Source: Bacteroides acidifaciens (GTDB lineage Bacteria > Bacteroidota > Bacteroidia > Bacteroidales > Bacteroidaceae). From it: 32,000 nucleotides of DNA. Shown one piece after another: positions 25,952 through 32,000 of the stretch. The stretch is taken from contig NZ_JANJZR010000025.1 in the NCBI RefSeq assembly GCF_024623065.1, positions 8,028-40,027 of the forward strand, written 5' to 3'. Made by a program: the position numbers and the translations under genes. The first letter of the stretch is position 1, and the number at the start of each line of letters is the position of its first letter. Under the pieces are notes generated by a model that saw only the letters and a list, made by a program, of their open reading frames with translations, did not search any database and had not been told where the DNA came from.

Positions 25952-27137
25952 TCTTGCTATTCTGTTTTTTCAGACTACGAATCATTTTCGTAAATAGGTA
26001 TCCCAATAGTGCGAGGAACAACAGTTGTATTCCGATGTTGCGCATTAAAGCAAAAGGAGGTGTTAGGTTATTAGACAAATAGAGAATGAGTTCCTGCATC
26101 TCTCTTGGAAATGAAAGCAGAAAATTATATAGGAAACGTGGAATAATGTATATGAAATAGTATCCCATGAAGAAATTCACTATCACCGCGTATATCGCCA
26201 GTCCCCATCTCTCCGCGAGACCTATCCGCAATAAATAGGGCATTTGTTGGATGCGGCGTCTCATAATTCGATACCAGTAATATTTGATTATTTCAATAGA
26301 ACGTTTACGTAAACTTGGCACTCCTAGGAGGTCAGATACAATCCAGTAACCATCGAATTTAAAGAATGGATTGAGAGTCATCAAAAAGCCTAAATTGAGA
26401 ATTAATATCATATATCGCAGCATATCGTCACCGGTCATCCAGAAACCGACCAGTAAAACTATAAGAAAGAAACATTGGAAATAGACCCCTGCGATATTTA
26501 CCATAAATCGTTGCTTTCTATTTAATTTCCATATTTCCGTTACATCTGTATATAGGACGGGAAAATTTAAGTAGATCCCAAAACCGATACTTCCGTGTTT
26601 TACCCCACAATATTTACAAGCTGAGGCATGTCCTAATTCGTGAAAGAATGAAGATACTAACATAAATATCAGCAGTCCTGCCATACCAAAAGCATTTGCT
26701 CTGTTATTGAAAACTAATAAGTCGGGAACATTGATAAAAAAGAATATGTCCATAATTGTTGCTATAGATAGCAAGCTCCACATAAATTTCCTATTGAATA
26801 GAAAAGAAAATCTTTTTGAAAAACGCTCAACAGTGGCGGCTGTTAGAAGTTCCTTTTCGTAAAGGAATGTACATTCTTTCTCTTTGGGAATTGTAAGAAG
26901 AGGGTCAATATGCTTTTTAATGAGACTTTCTGTCTGTTCAAAGGTATATTTTCCCTCTTTCTTATTAATATAAGTTTGTATAGCTGCTTCTTGAGTCTCA
27001 TTCTGTTGTAGGTCAGTTAATAATTCTGCTAAGGGCTGGTTAACCTCAAAATATCTCCCGTTGCAAGAAAGTAGATAATGCTCCTTTTCTGTGGAAGAAG
27101 AGAACGGAGAAATGCTGATAGTGTTGTATTTATTCAT
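25935..27137 (-). CDS. M50/site-2-protease-like intramembrane zinc metalloprotease with N-terminal PqqD/RRE-like domain
   Basis: 400-aa ORF. HELGH lies in a TM segment (26628-26642) and a second S2P-like motif LNPFFKFDGYW follows. The N-terminal ~85 aa (EKEHYLLSCNGRYFEVNQPLAELLTDLQQNETQEAAIQTYINKKEGKYTFEQTESLIKKHIDPLL) are soluble and resemble PqqD-like peptide-binding domains. Starts 3 nt after the OM barrel gene. Confidence 0.75.
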   Translation of the reverse strand: MNKYNTISISPFSSSTEKEHYLLSCNGRYFEVNQPLAELLTDLQQNETQEAAIQTYINKKEGKYTFEQTESLIKKHIDPLLTIPKEKECTFLYEKELLTAATVERFSKRFSFLFNRKFMWSLLSIATIMDIFFFINVPDLLVFNNRANAFGMAGLLIFMLVSSFFHELGHASACKYCGVKHGSIGFGIYLNFPVLYTDVTEIWKLNRKQRFMVNIAGVYFQCFFLIVLLVGFWMTGDDMLRYMILILNLGFLMTLNPFFKFDGYWIVSDLLGVPSLRKRSIEIIKYYWYRIMRRRIQQMPYLLRIGLAERWGLAIYAVIVNFFMGYYFIYIIPRFLYNFLLSFPREMQELILYLSNNLTPPFALMRNIGIQLLFLALLGYLFTKMIRSLKKQNSKNGEQA

Positions 27138-27140
27138 CTT

Positions 27141-29438
27141 TTAATAAGCTTTTAGGATGGCACTGTTAATATGTCTGTTCGTGTTATTGTCGTCTCGTGC
27201 GGTTTTCTTTCCGAAATTATGTGTATAAATCACTTTTAGAAAGCCTGTCTGTTGATATATGCGCCCTGTCACATAATTTGTGTAATTGTAAGCATCTAAT
27301 GTCACTGATTGTTTCCACTGGCGGTGTTTGGTAAAAGGGCTTTCCGCTCCTGCTTCCACCAACCAGTTTCCACAACTCCAGCGTGCCGTTAATCCGTATT
27401 TAGCCGGTTCATATTTATGGATCAAATCTGCACTAAAACTTTTCGAACTTGTTTTGCCATAAAGACTACATGATAAATCTTTCCAGTAATAGTCCATTTG
27501 AATCAATCCGGAAAGACTGCTCGATTTGTCGGAAATCCCTTTAAAGAGAGAAGTAATTGACCAATATCCGTCCATTTTTAAACGAAAATTTTCCGACACT
27601 TTCCATGTGGCGGATAGCATGCCTTCATGATGATGGGCACTTACATCACTACGAAAGGTGTTTATGAGTCTACCGTCTTTAATAAAAAACTCATCAGTAT
27701 TAACATGTTCAACTCTTTCGTAATGAAGTGCCGCATATAGATTGAGGTTTTTAAACTGGCCGCTATAGTTGAAATTGACATCTCCAAAAATAGTATTATC
27801 CAAGTTAGGATTTCCTCTTTTAATGATTAATGAATCAATTTCTTGTACAGCATTACTTAATTGGGAAATTTGAGGTTGTGTGTTGCCTAAAACTCCATTG
27901 AAAACGATTTGATGTAGGCTGGAGATTCGATAAGTTAAATTTGTTTTCAAGCGTGGTGAGATTTGGCTAATACGCTTCTCGTTATGTAAGCGATATTGCA
28001 GTGACGATAATCCGGGGGATACACTGAATGTTAGATTCTTTTTAAACATTCGATTGTATTCTGCATAAAACAAGGTTTGGCCTGTCCATAAATGCTGCCA
28101 AGATGAATTGTTTCCATCATAATGGGAAGAACTAATGGTATGATAGTGCCCTATTCGGAGAGATAAAGCATTGCGTTCTTTCCATCGTATTCCATACTTT
28201 ATATCTGCTCGAACTGTATAGATATCTTCTTTTGTATGAGTTAAAGTGGTATATTTATCTTCCAGGTAATTGTAAGAATAAGAATTATTAGCATAGGTAC
28301 CTGCCAATGACGACTCAATATACTGATTGTTTTTCAAGTTAAAATATCCATATAAATCTATAGTAGGCATATTGCCGGACTGATTAGTTGTTTTGCTCGA
28401 CTCTTTATTCATTGTGTGTCCGCCGCCATACTCAAGTAATTCCCGGCTAAAGTTGTCTGGTGCATCATTACGCACGAATGATATTTTCGCCAATAAATTA
28501 CGTTTTTTATTCTGGTTAGCTATGTTTAACTGTACATATTGGTTGTCGCTCTTAACCTTATTATCCAGTGTATTAGTTTTTCTATCTATAGCATATTTAG
28601 GAAAGATAAAATATTCGTGATTATCATTTATATCCCCCTTGTATTTGTTCATGCTATATCCCGCAAAAAGCGTATAATTCATGTTGCCATGTGACAGTTT
28701 GCTCACTATGTTATAGTCTCCATTGAGGTATCCCATAGCTTGCCGTCCATCAATTGCCACGTATCCCCCTGACTTGTACTGACGGGTAACATAGTTGATT
28801 GCAGCAACATCGTCGGCGTACCTCCCTGATGGTGTGTCGAAATACTCTACTTTCTCTATATCTCGTGGTCTTAAACTCTGCACTTCTCGATAATCAGCTT
28901 TCCTCCCATCAATATATAAAGTGGCTTCCCCACCAAATGTTTTTACTTTTCCCTTTATCCTGTCCACTTCCATTCCAGGAATCATCAAATTATATAATAA
29001 ATCATACCCTGTACCTGCTTGTTTTACCTGTTGCTTGTCAGGCAAAATGAGTAGCCTATCCTTTTGCCGGATAACAGAAGCTCCTTTTACCACCACTTCG
29101 TTCAACTCTATGTTATCTGTTTCCATTATCACTGGTGGTAGTTCGTTTTTCTTCTCTGTTGTATTGGCGTTAACTATTTGCTTTTTATATCCTATTGAGG
29201 AAAAAACTATAAAATAAGGTGAAGGGGAAACCTTTGTAAATTGATAATAGCCTAATGTGTCAGTGGTTGTACCAGTCACAAAGCTTGAATCGACACGGAA
29301 TAGTTGTACTGAAACATATGATAATGATTGGCCTTCCAAATCTGTTACTTTACCAGCAATGCTGCATTGGGCATAAAGAATTTGTGGAAATAGAAAAATG
29401 GTCAATAAATAAACAAAAAAAACGACGGTATATTTCAT
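27141..29438 (-). CDS. Outer-membrane beta-barrel family protein (TonB-dependent-receptor-like; CarboxypepD_reg domain + OMP_b-brl_3-like barrel)
   Basis: The track start at 29447 is a TTG; I prefer the ATG at 29438 (MKYTVVFFVYLLTIFLFPQILYAQ signal). N-terminal CSIAGKVTDLEGQSLSYVSVQL...GYYQF is carboxypeptidase-regulatory-like. A plug-like segment and a long beta-rich region ending in ...AILKAY follow. Confidence 0.75.
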   Translation of the reverse strand: MKYTVVFFVYLLTIFLFPQILYAQCSIAGKVTDLEGQSLSYVSVQLFRVDSSFVTGTTTDTLGYYQFTKVSPSPYFIVFSSIGYKKQIVNANTTEKKNELPPVIMETDNIELNEVVVKGASVIRQKDRLLILPDKQQVKQAGTGYDLLYNLMIPGMEVDRIKGKVKTFGGEATLYIDGRKADYREVQSLRPRDIEKVEYFDTPSGRYADDVAAINYVTRQYKSGGYVAIDGRQAMGYLNGDYNIVSKLSHGNMNYTLFAGYSMNKYKGDINDNHEYFIFPKYAIDRKTNTLDNKVKSDNQYVQLNIANQNKKRNLLAKISFVRNDAPDNFSRELLEYGGGHTMNKESSKTTNQSGNMPTIDLYGYFNLKNNQYIESSLAGTYANNSYSYNYLEDKYTTLTHTKEDIYTVRADIKYGIRWKERNALSLRIGHYHTISSSHYDGNNSSWQHLWTGQTLFYAEYNRMFKKNLTFSVSPGLSSLQYRLHNEKRISQISPRLKTNLTYRISSLHQIVFNGVLGNTQPQISQLSNAVQEIDSLIIKRGNPNLDNTIFGDVNFNYSGQFKNLNLYAALHYERVEHVNTDEFFIKDGRLINTFRSDVSAHHHEGMLSATWKVSENFRLKMDGYWSITSLFKGISDKSSSLSGLIQMDYYWKDLSCSLYGKTSSKSFSADLIHKYEPAKYGLTARWSCGNWLVEAGAESPFTKHRQWKQSVTLDAYNYTNYVTGRIYQQTGFLKVIYTHNFGKKTARDDNNTNRHINSAILKAY

Positions 29439-29478
29439 ATATCTCAATTTATTGTATCATAGGAATCAAATTAACTGT

Positions 29479-29551
29479 AAAATAGAGAATTCTCCATTGA
29501 GGAGCATTCTCTATCGTCTTGGATGAATGTATCTTTTTAAGATATATTCAT
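29479..29551 (-). terminator. Two hairpins directly downstream of the peptide gene (candidate partial terminator/attenuator)
   Basis: Hairpin A is 29523-29534 / 29540-29551 (12-bp stem, 1 mismatch). Hairpin B is 29483-29513 (TAGAGAAT-T-CTCC ... GGAG-C-ATTCTCTA), followed on the - strand by TTTT (29479-29482). Confidence 0.5.
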
Positions 29552-29561
29552 TTCCAATAGC

Positions 29562-29777
29562 CTAGCCCCAATTGGTGGATTCGGAATCACATTTCCAACA
29601 AAGGAGGTCAACATCTCCTGACGAAGCATCCATTGTTGTGACCAAGTCTAATAATCCATTAGCTAATAATGGATCAGTTTCCAAACGTTTTTCCAGTTCA
29701 TGAACGAACATCTCGTCGCACAGTTCTTCGTTAACAGGCTGAATGCCAGCCACTGCATTTTTCTTTAATTCTTTCAT
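29562..29777 (-). CDS. 71-aa acidic peptide, candidate RiPP precursor
   Basis: The ATG overlaps the rSAM stop codon (ATGA at 29774-29777). The sequence has a leader-like N-terminus (MKELKKNAVAGIQPVNEEL...HELEKRLETDPLL) and a Cys/Trp-containing C-terminus, LLCWKCDSESTNWG. Confidence 0.65.
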   Translation of the reverse strand: MKELKKNAVAGIQPVNEELCDEMFVHELEKRLETDPLLANGLLDLVTTMDASSGDVDLLCWKCDSESTNWG

Positions 29778-31174
29778 TTGATTTTTGAATTAGTGGTTAA
29801 TAATAGTGATTGTTTATATGTTGAATATGCTCTGTTTACAGACAGAGGATATACAGATTTAAATTTGAAACAAGCAGATGCCTTAAAACCATCTTTTGTA
29901 TGAACAGAACGAGCTAAACATCCTCCTCCACATAATAGTGCATATTTACAAGATTGACAATTAAGAGCATTTCCGGTATTTCTTTCAAACCAATGCTTAC
30001 GTACTTCTGTCCATTCAGGTTCTTCGTTTGTGTAATGCCCAATAACTTGGTCTGGTTTTCCGACTGTTTCAAGGCATGTAAATATATCTCCTACGGGATC
30101 TAGAAGATAGCTTCCATATTGAGCAGAACAACTAGCAGAATATAAACGGCAACGAGAACCATTTTCTAAATATGATAGATAATGTCTATAAATGCCAAAG
30201 TCTTGATAATATATTTCTCCATTGTATGTCTTTTGATGTTGCTTATTAAATGTATCCATTGATAAATAATTGATATCAACATCGCAGTTATCATTCTCAT
30301 TATATTTTCTTAATATGGAAGAGTATGTTTTGAAATGAGGATTTGATGTGAATCCTAGTTTTTTAAATAATTCATTTAGCGATTTGAAATCTTGAAAATT
30401 GTTACTATCTGTATTAACTCTTACCGATACATCAATATTTTTTCTTAATAAGATACCAATGTTATTAACTATTTTATCAAAACTGGCTCCTTCTTCATAA
30501 TGAAATCTACGAGAATTATGATTTTCTTTATCCCCATCAAGTGTAATTTGAAAGAAACTAAAATATTCCGGAGATAAGATGTTCTCAAAATAGTCAATGT
30601 CATATCCATTGCTGATTACTTTGAATGTATATCCTAATTGATGACCTTTCAGAACAATATATTCTATTACTTCTTTGTTTTGGCGCAAGAAAGGTTCACC
30701 CCCATAAAGAAGTATATTTTTATAATGTAATTCTTTTCTAGGCTCAATTTTCATCATGGTTTTATAGGCTTTATCTACCATCTCTTTTGTAAATGTCCAT
30801 TTAGACCATTGATTCCCATGATTAGATATTCCATTCTCAAAGCAATAAGAACATCTGAAGTTACAGTCATAGCTAATAATGAATCCAAATGTTTTGTACA
30901 ATTTACTTTGAGTTTTATGTAGAAGTTGTGCTAATTTCTTTACATACTCAATTTCCTCTTCTTGAGTATGTGTTGTTAGATATCCTCTTTTCTGTAAATA
31001 TGCTATAGTTTGTTCTGGTAATGAACTTGTTTTGGAAAAATCTTCTATTTCCTTCCAAATGTCTTTATCTAAAATATCAATAGCACCAGTATAGCCATGA
31101 GTTAACAGATATTTATCATCTTCAATTTCTAACTTGACTGGAATTGTGTAATATGATAATCTCAGCTTTTCCAT
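29774..31174 (-). CDS. Radical SAM / SPASM-domain peptide-modifying enzyme
   Basis: 466-aa ORF. CX3CX2C motif CNFRCSYC (30842-30865) and GGEPF. SPASM signature GDIFTC followed by CQSCKYALLCGGGC (CX2CX5CX3C, 29918-29959). An N-terminal extension of about 95 aa precedes the rSAM core, as in RRE-containing maturases. Confidence 0.88.
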   Translation of the reverse strand: MEKLRLSYYTIPVKLEIEDDKYLLTHGYTGAIDILDKDIWKEIEDFSKTSSLPEQTIAYLQKRGYLTTHTQEEEIEYVKKLAQLLHKTQSKLYKTFGFIISYDCNFRCSYCFENGISNHGNQWSKWTFTKEMVDKAYKTMMKIEPRKELHYKNILLYGGEPFLRQNKEVIEYIVLKGHQLGYTFKVISNGYDIDYFENILSPEYFSFFQITLDGDKENHNSRRFHYEEGASFDKIVNNIGILLRKNIDVSVRVNTDSNNFQDFKSLNELFKKLGFTSNPHFKTYSSILRKYNENDNCDVDINYLSMDTFNKQHQKTYNGEIYYQDFGIYRHYLSYLENGSRCRLYSASCSAQYGSYLLDPVGDIFTCLETVGKPDQVIGHYTNEEPEWTEVRKHWFERNTGNALNCQSCKYALLCGGGCLARSVHTKDGFKASACFKFKSVYPLSVNRAYSTYKQSLLLTTNSKIK

Positions 31175-31201
31175 TTTTTTTTATTCTAATAAGTTTTACA
31201 T

Positions 31202-32000
31202 TTAAATATTACAGATATACATCTGTTTATGGTTAGAAAAAAAGAATACTTGTTCTTCTTTGCCTCGTGTCCAGTCTCTTAGCATCAAAAGAGCATTATC
31301 AGGTACTTTGCATTCTATCGTATTTTTATTCGCTACTTTTCTTAATAAAGAAATCCATCCTTTTCTTTTATCAAAATAGAATAACTCATATTCATCTCCT
31401 ATGCGGATAAAGTTATCGTCATTTCGCGGTACGCAGATCGCATATGTGATATTAACCTCTTTGCCGAAATCGAAAATTATTGAATCGCCTTTGTTCTTTG
31501 ATAAAAAGTATGTAAGTGGATCATTATCAAAGCAATTTTTCAATTGCATTTCTGGGTCTTTGTTATTATATGATTCTCCTGAAATAATGTTTTGTGGTAT
31601 TAATTCTTCCCGATCATTAAAAAAATGTAACTCTGCTAATTCAAGTAAAACATCATTTCGAGCTATATATTTAAGATACCTGTTCTTTTGGTATAAGGTA
31701 TCCATAGGATATGTATTAAAGCATACATAAGGCGTGTCACATACTTCATATAATTTCTTGTTAATCCTATTCCGATGATTTCCTCCATAGAATTGTGCTT
31801 TAATAATTCGATACATTCGTTCCTGATTCCATCTAAAAAGAGGAAATTTGCGGTAAAGTGTTTCAGTCTTTATTTTGCTTAAATCTGCTTTAAGATAATG
31901 GAGTTGGCCATCAATGAAAACAAAAGGTTCAGACTCTAATTCTAACTTTTCGGATATTCCAGATAGTAGTAGATAAATGTTACGATCCTCAACTGCTCCA
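31202..32000 (-). CDS. Discoidin (F5/8 type C)-like protein, 5'-truncated by the window edge
   Basis: The track ORF begins at the Met at 31816, but the frame stays open to position 32000. The upstream translation (…AVEDRNIYLLLSGISEKLELESEPFVFIDGQLHYLKADLSKIKTETLYRKFPLFRWNQER-MYRII…) aligns with the paralog at 22470-23643. The gene ends 27 nt upstream of the rSAM gene. Confidence 0.8.
   Translation of the reverse strand, partial: GAVEDRNIYLLLSGISEKLELESEPFVFIDGQLHYLKADLSKIKTETLYRKFPLFRWNQERMYRIIKAQFYGGNHRNRINKKLYEVCDTPYVCFNTYPMDTLYQKNRYLKYIARNDVLLELAELHFFNDREELIPQNIISGESYNNKDPEMQLKNCFDNDPLTYFLSKNKGDSIIFDFGKEVNITYAICVPRNDDNFIRIGDEYELFYFDKRKGWISLLRKVANKNTIECKVPDNALLMLRDWTRGKEEQVFFFSNHKQMYICNI

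Noticed and set aside
29439-29447. Track start of the OM barrel ORF at 29447
   Set aside because: That codon is TTG. An ATG three codons downstream (29438) gives a standard signal peptide (MKYTVVFF...), so the ATG start is preferred.
29774-31174. The rSAM/SPASM protein could be an anaerobic sulfatase-maturating enzyme, which is common in Bacteroides
   Set aside because: No sulfatase gene lies in the vicinity. The protein carries a ~95-aa N-terminal extension not expected in anSMEs, and its stop overlaps the start of a short Cys-containing peptide ORF. This cannot be fully excluded without phylogeny.

Overview
Bacteroidales (Bacteroides-type) chromosomal window made of four blocks. (1) 1-8.6 kb, + strand: a Sus-like outer-membrane uptake locus (SusC-like, SusD-like, two lipoproteins, one secreted thioredoxin-fold protein) with no glycoside hydrolase. 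(2) 8.7-14.35 kb, - strand: a tightly coupled operon of symporter remnant, GT2/HIT-like fusion protein, SpoIID-domain protein with no signal peptide, and AmpG-like permease. (3) 14.7-22.3 kb, - strand: housekeeping genes (acyl-CoA synthetase, XRE/cupin regulator, proC, and the arginine operon argR-GNAT-argG-argC-argD). (4) From about 22.4 kb to the window end the DNA is visibly more AT-rich (judged by eye, not computed) and the content is accessory. It is a same-strand cluster of a radical-SAM/SPASM enzyme translationally coupled (ATGA overlap) to a 71-aa acidic peptide, then hairpins, an outer-membrane beta-barrel protein, an M50-like intramembrane metalloprotease with a PqqD/RRE-like N-terminus, and a Wzy_C (O-antigen-ligase-like)/TPR membrane protein. 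The cluster is bracketed by two paralogous discoidin-like genes. One paralog is a pseudogene, hit by a 222-bp MITE-like insertion (19-bp terminal inverted repeats, 7-bp target duplication) and by a nonsense codon in its signal peptide. I consider this RiPP-like cluster the best candidate for an undescribed system. Other oddities are an in-frame hairpin-forming heptamer-repeat element inside the SpoIID-domain gene and an internally deleted symporter. No rRNA, tRNA or CRISPR array was seen. All family assignments rest on motif recognition by eye; no searches were run.
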